A DNA stretch of 64,000 nucleotides, taken from Eledone cirrhosa. Lineage: Eukaryota. A model generated the notes under the pieces. That model was not told where the DNA came from and made no database searches. It worked only from the letters and a program-made list of their open reading frames with translations. Within the stretch, counting starts at the first letter, position 1; each line of letters opens with the position of its first letter. Both the position numbers and the translations under genes were made by a program. The DNA is taken from NCBI GenBank assembly GCA_964016885.1, contig OZ024741.1:232872001-232936000 (forward strand). Reading direction: 5' to 3'. Below, one piece after another: positions 1 to 12,200 of this stretch.

Positions 1-38
1 CGTACGGCAGAAAAAAGGAGAGACACAAAATACCAAAT

Positions 39-280
39 TAGTCACTGAGGAGGTCGCAGAATGTGCGACCAAAGAGCTTTGACAATAAATTAACAAACAT
101 CCGATTATTAAACAAACCAACTGGAAATGTGTAATAAATTGAATGGAGAACAAACAGGTACGTGAGTTTTTATTGGCAACATGACCATTCCAAAATATAA
201 TAAAATCACTTTCAATACACGTTTTCAGATAAGAAATCTTACAAAACAAATACAAAAGTGAAGTATATGTACATATAACA

Positions 281-373
<93 letters not shown>

Positions 374-562
374 TGTTATGCTTTGGGAGGGTCATGTTGC
401 CAATAAGACACACGCACCAGTGTTTTCACTCCAATTTATTATAAATTAAATTTATAAATTTAAGAATTTATAATTTTCCGGTTGGTTGTTTCCATAACCG
501 GACGGTTGTTCATATATTGTTAAAGTTCTTTCGTCACACATTCTGTGACCTCTTCAGTGACT
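39..562. mobile_element. Diverged inverted-repeat pair (Penelope-derived, non-autonomous) around a (CA)n(TA)n tract
   Basis: 39-200 is approximately the reverse complement of 371-562; hammerhead-like motif at 519-561(-). Confidence 0.6.
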
Positions 563-640
563 GGGAATATATATATATATATATAACGGCGATGAATTAG
601 TTTTGCGAGGTTTTTTATATGAAATCGTGTGTCGAAACAA

Positions 641-1613
641 ATATTGTTATACTTGGGGAGGGTCATATTTGTGTAATATTGCCAGAATTAATAACAGAAC
701 ACACTCACTGTTTGGTTGGTTTTCGCTTTTCGCTTCTGTGTCTTTTATATCGGTAATCTAATCTATTCGGTCCCCAATGTTGCCATTGACTGACCGACGG
801 TCAAAAATAATACAGATACAATATAGACACAAACACTATATATAGTTTATCAAAGTTCTTTCGTTGCACATCTACAACATCGTCAGTGGTGCTATTGTTT
901 CCTCCCGTTACATTGTATGTCTACGCCATTTTTATTTAGTCTGTCTATATATTTATTTATTTATTTGTTTTTTTGTTTATTTTATTTTGTCTTCTTTGCG
1001 CATGCGTTTGCGTGTGTGTATAGTGTTTTGTTTGGTGTGTATTCGTGATTGTATTCTATGTATTCTATGTATTCTATCTTTACTAGTGTGTGTTTATATG
1101 TGTTTGTTGTTATTGTGCTTGTGTATGTATTTATTTATTTATTTATTTATTTATTTATACTTCTCTTAGGTCAGTGTTGTTTGTTTGGGTGTTGTTGTTA
1201 TTCCATTCATTCTTTCTGTTTAGTCTTGGCCTTCTAAGTTCTATTTCACTGGCCTCTCTGATTTGCCTATCTGCTGGGTCATTTCTATGTTTAGATATTA
1301 TTCTAATTTCTATGTTGTCTATAAAAATGGCGTAGACATACAATGTAACGGGAGGAAACAATAGCACCACTGACGTTGTTGCAGATGTGCAACGAATGAA
1401 CTTTGATAAACTATATATATGTGTTTGTGTCTATATTGTATCTGTATTATTTTTGACCGTTGGTCAGTCAATGGCAACATTGAGGACCGAATAAATTAGA
1501 TTACCGATATAAAAGACACAGAAGCGAAAAGCGAAAACCAACCAAACAGTGAGTGTGTTCTGTTATTAATTCTGGCAATATTACACAAATATGACCCTCC
1601 CCAAGTATAATAA
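641..1613. mobile_element. Fold-back element with ~290-bp near-perfect inverted arms
   Basis: 641-935 vs 1320-1613; (TA)n nearby on both sides; hammerhead-like core at 849-890(-). Confidence 0.75.
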
Positions 1614-1985
1614 TATATATATATATATATATATACATATATACATATATATGTATGTGTGTTTGTGTGCGTTGTTAGTATATTTCCGTGCATGTCTGTG
1701 TGTGTTTGTGCATATATGAGGTTTTGATTGTTATTTACCAACATTTTCGCGCTTGTTTAGATATACGCAATCACTTTGAAAGACACTTGTTTGTACATTG
1801 GTTTATGGCCCCGAGAAGGCTAAAGTGGTTTGTGTATATCTCGAAAAATCCCTCAGTAATCAAGAACTTTGACATGAGTTGACCTTTTATTATACCCGAA
1901 AGCTACCTCTTCTAACCTTGCAAAGCATCCAATGGAGGATCTCTGTATGTATATATTTATGATAAATGTGTATTCTCTTTGACAG

Positions 1986-2129
1986 AATGCAAACCCGGAT
2001 ATTACGGAATTATGTGTGTATATAATTGTACAGATTGTAAAGAAATGGCATGTGACAATTTTAATGGTAAATGTCACGATGGTTGTATCATAGGTATGGA
2101 GTGGGATAACAAAATTAAAAGATGTAGAG
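1986..2129 (+). CDS. Host gene internal exon A, 8-Cys EGF/laminin-EGF-like module (MEGF10/11/CED-1-like multi-EGF protein)
   Basis: Acceptor tctctttgacAG, donor GTAAGT; 144 nt, phase 1-1; (E)CKPGYYGIMCVYNCTDCKEMACDNFNGKCHDGCIIGMEWDNKIKRCR. Confidence 0.85.
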
Positions 2130-3379
2130 GTAAGTGAAATTTTCGTGGTGAAGATATTACTTTTTACTTGTTCGTTTGAACATGCCTCTGGTTTGACGAT
2201 ACATTCATTGGTATAACAAGTCAACTTAATGATAATTAAACGTAATCCATCTCCCAGTTAACACACCTCCTTAATTTCTTTTGTATTTCCATTGCGTCTG
2301 ATCTTCTATGTTAGGATAACTTATATCTTAATATTGTAAGTACGGGAAACCTTCACATGGATCATGGGCCCTATCTTTCATGCTTTGATTAAGCAAAAAG
2401 AAAAAAATATGTGGCAAACCATAGCCTATAAAGAGAGCTCCCTAGAAACCATCACTCTCATAATAACATTTTCATCTGCTTTCGAAAGCAATACACTTTA
2501 CTTGCATTATACAATTTAGCATGCATATTACATAGAGTCGCTAAACCTAGTAAAATGGATACTAATTAAATGTATCACCAGCCGAAATTCGATTTGGTCC
2601 TATTTCAGTTGCATCTTGGAGACGTTCAAGTTATCATTATTTTCGAAAGTCGTGAATCTGGTGGACGGAAAATACGGTCAGTCGCGTAGAGCCTTCTTTC
2701 CGCCAATTTTACTTGCAGCGGTTGTGATTTGATCTCCATGGAATTCTTTTATTTGAAAACTAGCTTCGCCATGTGATCTTTTGTAGTCTTACTGAGGAAC
2801 ACATTCAGCTTTCTGCAAATCTTTGCTGTGTTGTCGGGTCGCTTTGGCATACACAGCTGTGTGGAGAACGACTGTGTCGTATAGACAAAGTTTGACATCT
2901 GCACTTATAGTCGAGGCTGAGCAAACAAAGTGCATTCACTGGAACACCTTCACAACCTTACCAATTCTGCTGATGACGTCCAGTTAATTGTTGCTATCGT
3001 TGGATCACTTCACTGCGGCTTCCTAATTGATATTGTTGTCCACCATTGTCAATTAACCCAACATTTAGTTGCAGTGATGTTGTTATCTGTTACAGATTTG
3101 AACTGGTTCCTGCTATTAATCCTGCTATTGACAGACTTGTATGTTTTCTCCATGGAATTCATTGGCTGGTTCCACCAACAGTTCTTTTAAACCAACGTCA
3201 GCAACCAGTAGTAATAGAGGGAAGAGAGGAAGCACTCTTGCTCGGCTCCAGAAACAATGTTAACTTAATCCGTTGTTCCAGGCATAATTGTCATAAGACA
3301 CCTGAATTGGAAGGACAAGTTCCTAAAGTTGCTGGAAAACCATAGCAGGACACTATATAATAGAACAATGCTTCAGGGT

Positions 3380-3900
3380 GACTTACTCTGCACACTGTTA
3401 AATGCTTTCTGGAACACGATGAAATTAAACAACTAGTGGTTCCTGGTATACGATATACTCTTCAATTATGCTAGTCAGAATGAAAAGGTGTTCAGGTAAT
3501 ATGCTGCTGTTTCGAAAGGCTGCAAGAACTTCTACAGCTTGTCGTAGTCGTCTAAGTAACAACGTTCAGGACACTTTGTATGGGACCAAAACTATAGCGT
3601 AATGCCCTGTCAGACTTTGCAAGCTACCAGATTCCCCTTATTTAGTAACTTCCGAATAATCACTTGTTGATTCTCCAGGTGTAGTGGCCCTTATTTCCAG
3701 CAGGTGTTCACCAGCTTGGTCATTGCTGAAATTATTTTGTCGTCACCAAACTTCAACAATTCCTTTGAGTTCTCATTCAACCCAACAGATTTGTTATTCT
3801 TTAAAGACTTTAGGGTAATTATCAACTACCTTACTATATAAATTTTTGCCTTGACATGCAAACAGAGATGTGGCGGCTGCTGGTGTATCAAAGCTTAATT
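3380..3900 (-). pseudogene. Ancient RTE-like reverse transcriptase remnant
   Basis: The - strand reads NKGNLVACKV*QGITL and FQKAFNS, matching KKGD..NWRGITL and DF.KAFDS motifs. Confidence 0.5.
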
Positions 3901-5364
3901 TAAACAAGGTAACTGGGGCTTGTTAGTTTATCTCCGGGAAATGTTCCATCCATCTTTATCTTGCTCTTTACTTGTCACCAGCCTTTACATTCTTTTCCTT
4001 TATTATTATGTTCACATTTCATCGGGCGCCTGTTTACTCTCTTACAATGTTACACATGGTTGTTGAATCATTTCTACCCGTCGCTTCCTCAGCCTCCGTG
4101 CACGTGTGTTCTCGCGGGGGTAATCTACTTTGAGTCTGTATGCAGCATCTCTTTTTCTTTCGTTTCTTTTCTAGCTATGGAACTCAGATAGTTTTGCCAT
4201 ATTTCCTCCATCGATTAATTCCAAAGACTGTTCGCAAAAGCACAGCTCTATTTTTGATCCCCTTCGTATCTTATATAGTGGTTTAAGATTCTTCAGTACC
4301 AACCTCTCCGCAGCTCACACAAAATATTAGGCTTAGCCGATGCCTCCCTCACTACACACCCTGACATCCCCACCATTGATTTCTATTAATGTAGTCGTTT
4401 TCCTTGCAAACATTCCTCTCCTTTCTACTTTTGTTTCGTTTCTTATTAATATATTTAATATGGTGCGTTTCGCAATAGTGATGTCCGTAGTGAATTGGGT
4501 ATTAGGATTTTTATTGTTGATGAGGTTGGAAAATATTTTAATTCATCAAGATTATCCTTCCAAAAACAAAGCAGTTGACTAGAAATCTTTTCCAGTTTTC
4601 TTTCATATAATAACTTGATTTATCCCATAAACTTGTGAGAATTGTCTGCAGATTCTTAATACTTGCTAACCTATATGGTAGGTAGCTGAGGAAATCTACA
4701 GTATCTCGGATGAAAACCAGGGAAAGGGAATTCTATGGACAAGCTCCAGAATTATCTGGTCTGGCGCTACTAAGGAGGAGTGCTAGCAATTTCAGATGAA
4801 TTCTACATGTCGTGTGCTGTCGTCATATAGGCCTGTTTGATGAGATGCGCATATTGTGAATAAGCCATCTTGAACGCATTCGTTCTGAGTCTGGCAAACT
4901 TCTTCTGTCGAGTGTACGACATGTCCAGTTATCAGTCGAATATCTTACGAACATCGCTGCACCTCCTTTATTTAATCATTTTCCGGTGGCCATAGCAAAT
5001 GTGGTCGTGTGGTAACATGATTGAGAAGTGTGGTATATGAGACATTCGTCTTCAGTCAAAGTCATATCGAGGGTTTTCATGTTTCATTTGTAAAGAAAAG
5101 TGCGAGTGAAAGAGGAAAAGTGAGCTGCTTTCCTTTGGTAAAGTTTATAAAATATATGTGACTCGTGAAAATGGGCTTGTTTATTTATTGTATGTAAACA
5201 CATAGGCATTATGAACCTTCGTTTTAATGTGCCCTTATTCTGTACACTTGCGTCAAATAAAAAAAAATCATTATCATCATCGTAATCATTATCATCACCA
5301 TCATCATCAAGGACTGCAAAAGCTGAAGAAGGGAGGTAGGCCTAAAAGCCAAACACTCTTTCTT

Positions 5365-5820
5365 CAATTCGATTTTCGTGCCAACCCTTACCTATGGTCA
5401 TGAATCTAGGGGTATGACCGAAAGAATACGATCGCGAATACAAGCGGCCGAAATGGGTTTCCTCCGAAAGGTCTTTGAGGTAACGTTAATCGATAAAGTG
5501 CGTAGTTCGGAGATCAGAGAGACGCTCCAGTTAGAGCCGCTACTTCTCTGAATTGAGAGATCACAACTCCACTATTGTGGGTATGGGGTTAGAATGTCAT
5601 AGCAAAGAATCGCTAGACAGATTTTATGGGCAAAACCAACTGGCAAACGATCCAAGGGTAGACCCAGAGGAATATGTTTGGTTAACATACATGAGCTTGG
5701 TTGGTCAGGCTTGGGATCCAGCCGAATCAGCTGGAGACGGTTGCTTCTGACAGGATCTGCTGGAAGGAGTGTTGCAGAACTATGCACCCACTACCCTCTT
5801 ATGAATAAGTGGGCGAAAAT
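5365..5820 (+). mobile_element. RTE-clade (Rex3/Expander-like) LINE 3' fragment
   Basis: SIFVPTLTYGHES..TERIRSRIQAAEMGFLR..VRSSEIRETLQLEPLL..GKRSKGRP. Confidence 0.8.
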
Positions 5821-5930
5821 AGAAGAAGAAGAAGAAGAAGAAGAAGAAGAAGAAGAAGAAGAAGAAGACAAAGAAAAAGAAAAAGAAGAAGAAGAAGAAG
5901 AAGAAGAAGAAGAAGAAGAAGAAGAAGAAG

Positions 5931-5968
<38 letters not shown>

Positions 5969-6066
5969 AGAAGAAGACGGCGAGGGCGACGACGGCGACG
6001 GCGACGGCGGCGACGACGACGACGACGACGGCGACGGCGACGACGACGACGACGATGTCGTCGTCG
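5821..6066. repeat. Compound (GAA)n-(GAC/GGC)n microsatellite
   Basis: Direct reading. Confidence 0.95.
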
Positions 6067-6549
6067 TCTCTGCCCTCTCCTCCCTATACTTAGTAAAATA
6101 CCCGAATGCGCTAGTGTGGACAGGGAGTAAACACATGGTGTCATTTAGATCATATATAGATGGGATTGTTTATATTAATTAAGCTAGCATCTCGCATCCA
6201 CAATTACACACGGCTGCATACACAGACCATAAATGTGTGCCCTTCATGCTTGTTCTAGTAGACAGGTGCCTGTTTACTGGAAACCTAAAGCATTCTTCTA
6301 GCCACATAAAACCTACAGCGACTGGATTAGCTTATTAGGTAAGAAACAGTTGACGGCTAATCTTCCACAATAGGTGAATGTTCGCGCTCAAGAAACCGAT
6401 TAGATTAGAAGAAATAGATTTTAAACAAAAAGCTACAATAGAAAAGAAAACAAAAACAGAACACAGGTGCAGTTTGTAGTTAACAAAGAGGCGATTTGGA
6501 GTAGGATAGCTAACTAACATGCTAACTGTAACAAAGGCCCATTTCATTT

Positions 6550-6900
6550 GTGCGAAAGACGAATGTAGCATTGTCAGCGCTATAGGCGTCGATAAACTGA
6601 CCAGTCTTTTCCGAAGGACTTACAGCTTGGGGACTACAGGTAATTAATATACATCTCTCGTCTGGTACGATATACAACGTTTGCACACACAGATCACAAA
6701 TGTGGGATATATACGTTCGACCTTGATAGGATCCTTGGTCAAATACGCGACTACTGGAAACTAAAAGTATCGGTCATGGCACGCAAAGCTTACAGACACC
6801 GGACAAGGGAATTAATTTAGCAGGAGTTGTCGTCAATGACAAGCGGTGGTTCGCCCTAAAATTGCCATTAAAGTATAAACCACAAGGTATACAAAACGAC
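6550..6900 (+). pseudogene. Old degraded remnant of the same Tx1-like family (ORF2)
   Basis: cacagatcacaaa, actactggaaactaaa and gtggttcgccctaaaa resemble 9953-10140. Confidence 0.55.
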
Positions 6901-7149
6901 GAGATTCTTCTTCTTATTATTATTATTATTATTATTGAATGCCATGGTTGACGGAGGCTCGGCTCTGTAAGGTATAGTAATTTTTAACCGTTAAAACAAT
7001 TGTAAATTGTTTAAAACTTGAACCAAATTGTTGATAAAGACACCCTCCTCCTCGTGAGAGGGGTCTTTCTGTCCGTTATTTGGCCCTTCGGGGTTAAATA
7101 ACCAGTTATTGGGGTTTTGTACCCAAAATTTCATTTTAAACAAAAAAAC

Positions 7150-9246
7150 ATGGCTATGAAAAAGAAATTTCATACGTCACTCCCACTCATTCCGTCTTCT
7201 TCTTCCTCAATCATCACTACAGCAGAGAGAAGATTGTCTCTCTCCCTCCCTTCTTTAAATGTGTCTCTCTCCCTCCCTTCTCTTTCGCAAGTGACGAAAG
7301 AAAAGAAAAGTCTCGTGCAAAGCGTGCAAGGTTTCTCCACGACGACGACGACAGCGACGAAACAGGTGTGCGGGAAATACGAAAACCCAGTTCATTCGTC
7401 TGACGTCAGGAATAATAGCAGTAGCAGCCGTAATAACAACAGCAACAGTGACAATGAAAACAACAGTAGCAGCCGCAACAGCATCACCAGCAGCATAAAC
7501 AACAACAGCATTAGCAGCAGCAACACCAACAACAACCACAGCAACAGCGGCGGAGGCAGTAGTCGTAGTACCTGCAGCAACAACAAAAGTACCAGCAGCT
7601 CTGACGACAACAACAACAGCAGAGAAAAACCAATCTCATTTGCAGGTATTGCGAAAAACTTGGAAACAATCCTCATAACAAATGAGGAATTAGAGGAAGC
7701 GAAGAAGATGGTGACAAAGAACGGACACCGAGCAATCTGCAAGGCAGCGAAAAATTTTTTCGAAACCCAAGAGCACTGTACGGTCACGTACCGTACAGTA
7801 AGTACAAAATCCCGTAGGGTGGAAAGAGCCACAGAGGCCCAAATACAAAAAGCCTTAGGGTCTGTGTGGCAGCGGAAAACGCACATCACCCGAGGCAAAA
7901 AATATGCCACCGTAGACGTACTTTTTGCCACACCCCAGGAGGCAAAGGCCCAATCAGTAGTGACCCTAAGGAGCGAGGAAATGGTGTTGGTGCCCTCCTA
8001 CTGTGGGCAAAAAATTGTGAGGGTCAAACTGACCCACGTCCCCCCCGGAATGACCCCTTCTTGGCTGGCCGCGTCTGTCCTCGTCGGAATCGAGGACAAA
8101 ACAACTGTACTGCAAGTACAGAAAAAAGTAAGAGAAGATTGGGTCGGCTCCTCCATTGAGATGCTAATCCAAACCAACCAGGAGTGCATCGAAGCTATCC
8201 CGGATGTGATAGACTTCGATAACGGCACTCAACTGCCCATAAGTGTTGAGGGCAAACGCCCGAAATGCTTTCGCTGTGGATCGAAGACCCACCTCAGGGC
8301 CTTCTGCAACGAGAAGACCCTGAGAAAGGAGAAAACCCCCCTCCTTCCGAATCCGGCTCCACAGCTACCAGCAACAGGACAAGCGGCAACCAGGAACGAT
8401 AGGCCCGTGGCACCCATACCCACTCCACGGAAATCAAAAACAGCAGCAGCAGTGGAAATACTAACAACAACAACAGCAATACCAAATGCAGCTGCAACAG
8501 AGACTCCAGTGCAAACATCACCAACAACAACAAGTGAAAGAGTGGAGTTGGTACCCCTCCCCGACCTCACAGAATCAGACATGGAGTGTGAGGTGGGAGA
8601 GAGATGGCAAAAGGTCGTAAGAAGACACAAACGCAGAAGCAGCGCATCGTCGCCTTTGAAAAGGGAGGAAAGAAATGAGAAAAGGGTAAAGTCTACTGCA
8701 AAGAGACCCACAGCAGCAACAACACCAACACCATCACCACCCACACTAGCGCCACCATCACCACCGGCGACAACCCCACCGCCAACAACACCTTCAACAC
8801 CACCACCACAAGCACCAACATCGCAAACACAACAACAAAACACACACACCCAGCAACAACGACAAGAAAATAGCAGAACCACACCCCACCCCCAGAAAAA
8901 CAAATGCACGACAATAAATACACACAACAAGAAACTAATGACTTACATAATTGAACACACAGACATTTCACAACAGGACTACATAATACCAGCACCAATC
9001 AAAACGCCAACTAACATAAGACTGCTAAAAATAGCACAGAAACAATACACAAATATTAAAACGAAATTCCCCAACGCAGTTGGTGATTTCAGGGACCTAG
9101 GAGGAACCATCAATCTAAGAGTATACTCAGACATTCTCTTAGAAGAGCCGACGACCAGCCGAAGGGACGATTCAACGGTCCCTTCACCAGACGATCAAGT
9201 GAAAAGGGATGTAAAAACCATCCCTCCTCTACCAAAAGTACGGTAA
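7150..9246 (+). CDS. LINE ORF1 (gag-like nucleic-acid-binding protein with CCHC knuckle)
   Basis: First ATG at 7150 in ORF 7117..9246; CFRCGSKTHLRAFC zinc knuckle; Asn/Ser-rich and Pro/Thr-rich low-complexity regions; homologous pieces at 30.1-31.5 kb and 60.0-61.3 kb. Confidence 0.88.
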   Translation: MAMKKKFHTSLPLIPSSSSSIITTAERRLSLSLPSLNVSLSLPSLSQVTKEKKSLVQSVQGFSTTTTTATKQVCGKYENPVHSSDVRNNSSSSRNNNSNSDNENNSSSRNSITSSINNNSISSSNTNNNHSNSGGGSSRSTCSNNKSTSSSDDNNNSREKPISFAGIAKNLETILITNEELEEAKKMVTKNGHRAICKAAKNFFETQEHCTVTYRTVSTKSRRVERATEAQIQKALGSVWQRKTHITRGKKYATVDVLFATPQEAKAQSVVTLRSEEMVLVPSYCGQKIVRVKLTHVPPGMTPSWLAASVLVGIEDKTTVLQVQKKVREDWVGSSIEMLIQTNQECIEAIPDVIDFDNGTQLPISVEGKRPKCFRCGSKTHLRAFCNEKTLRKEKTPLLPNPAPQLPATGQAATRNDRPVAPIPTPRKSKTAAAVEILTTTTAIPNAAATETPVQTSPTTTSERVELVPLPDLTESDMECEVGERWQKVVRRHKRRSSASSPLKREERNEKRVKSTAKRPTAATTPTPSPPTLAPPSPPATTPPPTTPSTPPPQAPTSQTQQQNTHTQQQRQENSRTTPHPQKNKCTTINTHNKKLMTYIIEHTDISQQDYIIPAPIKTPTNIRLLKIAQKQYTNIKTKFPNAVGDFRDLGGTINLRVYSDILLEEPTTSRRDDSTVPSPDDQVKRDVKTIPPLPKVR

Positions 9247-9281
9247 GTGGTCTTTCCCATCTTTTCCACTCTATTTTAAAC

Positions 9282-12200
9282 ATGACCTCACTCAGAATAG
9301 GCAGCATAAATGCGCGTGGCTTGGGGTCGTCATGGAAGCAGGGTCACCTGCTCAACGACCTCAGGTCACTAAACATAGATGTAGTGGCCATCAGCGAGAC
9401 CAGAATCTCCGAAGCACGGGCCTTCGCACCGATCTTCGGCGGCTACGATGTGTACGCATCTCCCAGCCGTCCTGGATCCGGTGGAGGAGTTGCTGTACTT
9501 TTTCGGAGAGGTTTGGATCTCGCCATACGGGCCATCTTCCTGGACCCAGAGGGTAAGCTGGTGGTGCTGGACGTGACCAGCGGAGACGGGCAAGCTTTCA
9601 GGCTAGTGGCCGTCTATGCCCCGACAGGAGCAGGGCGGCCTGATTTCTTCCGGCGTCTGGAGACCTTTCTTGGAACGTTGCGCTCTTTAGTGTTAGTGGG
9701 CGACTGGAACGGGATCTTAGATGCACGCTGGGACTGTGTGGGATTAGCGGATAGGGGTGGAGGGTGCAAGAGCCTCACCAACCTGCTCAGGCGTTTTGAA
9801 CTGTCTGACAGGTACCGATTGGATTTCCCGAATGTGCCAATGTGGACTTGGACAAACCGCATAGGGTCATCCAGATCATATCTAGATAGAGTATTTTGTA
9901 GGGAAATAGATAGGTCTAGCATAGGCTGTCCACAATTCAAGATAGTCAGCTACACGGACCACAAATTCGTGATCTGTGTGCTTGACTTAGATAGGCTTCA
10001 TAGACGAGGACCCGGCTACTGGAAGCTAAACGCGTCCTTACCAGCGCGAAAGGCCTACAGAGACCGGATTAGCGAACTAGTTAAGCGGGCGTTGACGGGG
10101 GCCATCGTCAACAACAAGTGGTGGTTTGCTCTGAAAAGAGCGATTAGAATAGAATCGATTAGATTTAGTAAGGCTTTAGCAATAGAGAAAAATAGAGCAG
10201 AGGGAGAACTAGTTAGAAAATTAGACGAGGCGCTTAGCAAAGGCATTGCGACCGACGTGCTTGCGGCGAAATTGGCCCTTGACCAATTCTTCAATGCAAA
10301 GCACGAAGGCTGCGTTGTCAGAGCAAGGGTGCGTGCTCTCAGACACGAGGGGACGAAAGCCGTTCAATGGGCCCGAGTGGCGGAGGCGCGTCGTGGCAAC
10401 AAAGCCACGATCCGGTCTTTGGTGGACCACGACGGGCGCATGCTACTCGATCCCGGGCAAATGTGTGAAGCTTTTCAGCGACACTTCGCTCAGCTGTTCG
10501 GGGGCAGCGGTGGGCCGGGTAGAGGGATGGACTTTAGTGTCTACCTCGACGGACTGCCGCGGCTCTCGGCCACTGAGGCGAAGTGTTGCGAAAAGCCGAT
10601 AACAGCCGCTGAAGTAAGGGAGGCAATGACTGGCTGCACAAGGGGTAAATCGCCTGGTTTGGATGGTCTGCCCTATGAACTTTACGTACAGATGCCAGAC
10701 TTGTTCGGACGCCTCTTGGCGGACGTCTACTGCAACTGGCAACAGAACGGGAGAATTCCCAGTTCTGTGAGCCGAGGAGCGGTGGCACTGCTGAGAAAGG
10801 ATCCGAACAAGGGGGATAACATAGAAAATTTCCGGCCCATAACTCTGCTAAACACAGAGTTTAAGATTTTGGCCAAGGTGCTAGCAAAGAGGTTGGCGCT
10901 TGTCGTTGGTGGTCTGGTGGGAGAGGCGCAGACATGCGCCATTCCCGACAGATCCATCCACGACAACCTCCACCTCATGCGATACATCGTAGAGAGGGTA
11001 GCTAGGGAACCTGGCACGGGTGGGTCCTTGATTAATTTAGATCAGTCGAAAGCTTTCGATAGGGTCGACCATCGTTACCTAGCGGCAGTCCTGAGGGCGG
11101 CTGGCTTTGGGCCCGTCTTCAGAGGCTGGATCGCTGCCATGCACAGCGACATCTGCTCTGTGGTGAGAGTGAACGGTCACCTGTCGGAACCGTTCAACAT
11201 CATGCGCTCGGTCCGCCAAGGATGTCCCCTCTCGTCCCTATTGTACGTATTGACTCTCGAGCCATTACTGCACAAACTGGAGACGTTGAGGGGCGTCCCG
11301 CGCGAACTAGGATGCGGAAGATCCGTATCAGCATATGCGGACGATGTCACCGTAGTGGTGTCGAACGCCAAACCCATCGAGGCGATCGGCACTACACTAA
11401 GAGAATACGAAGCGGTGACAGGAGCAATGATCAACCAGGAAAAGTCAGTGGGCCTGCAGCTCGGCACCTGGAGAGGCAGGTCCATGCCGTCCAACAGCGT
11501 CGTCGGACGCTGGACGGACGGACCGGTTAAATTGCTAGGGGTCTGGTTCGGTCCGGACCTCCAGACGGACAAAAACTGGGACGAGGTGACGAGCAGGGTG
11601 GCTTCTCTCACCCAGAAATGGGCCGAGAGGAAGCTATCCCTGAAAGGTCGAGCGGAGGTGGCTAACGCGTACATCGCGTCCGTCATCTGCTACCGCCTGA
11701 CCGTCGTACCTTGTCCTAAGCCTCGCCTGACTGTGCTGGAGCGTTTGCTCTTTCGCTTTTTGTGGAAGGGACGCGCTCCGATGGTCAGGCGGTCCATCTG
11801 TTGTCAACACCCGCTACGTGGAGGGCTGGGCATGCCGTGGCTGATGATGCGCAGGCACGCGCTCAGGCTACGACATCTCCACCTCTTCCTCGACGGTGAT
11901 CAGGTGTGGTCGCCGTTTGCTAGACGCGTGTTTCCCCAGTTCGTTTCCTTGACGGAGCTGCAGTCCTGGGTCAAGCGAAGACCGAGAGGGAGCGCCTGGA
12001 GACTGGAATGTCTTCAGGCGCTCACAGCCCTCGACCAATCGGGCAATGTGATCGGTGGAAACTCCACCTCGGCGTTCTATAGAGGATTAGTGGAGGGGAA
12101 GAGCGACGACGTACTTGGGGAAACTCTAGGCGTCGACGAAAATCAACTAGCCAATCTCTTCGGAAGGACTTTCGGGCCAGGGCCTATGGACAACTTCCAG

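Noticed and set aside
5678-6144. Poly-Glu/poly-Arg ORFs
   Set aside because: Translation of trinucleotide microsatellites.
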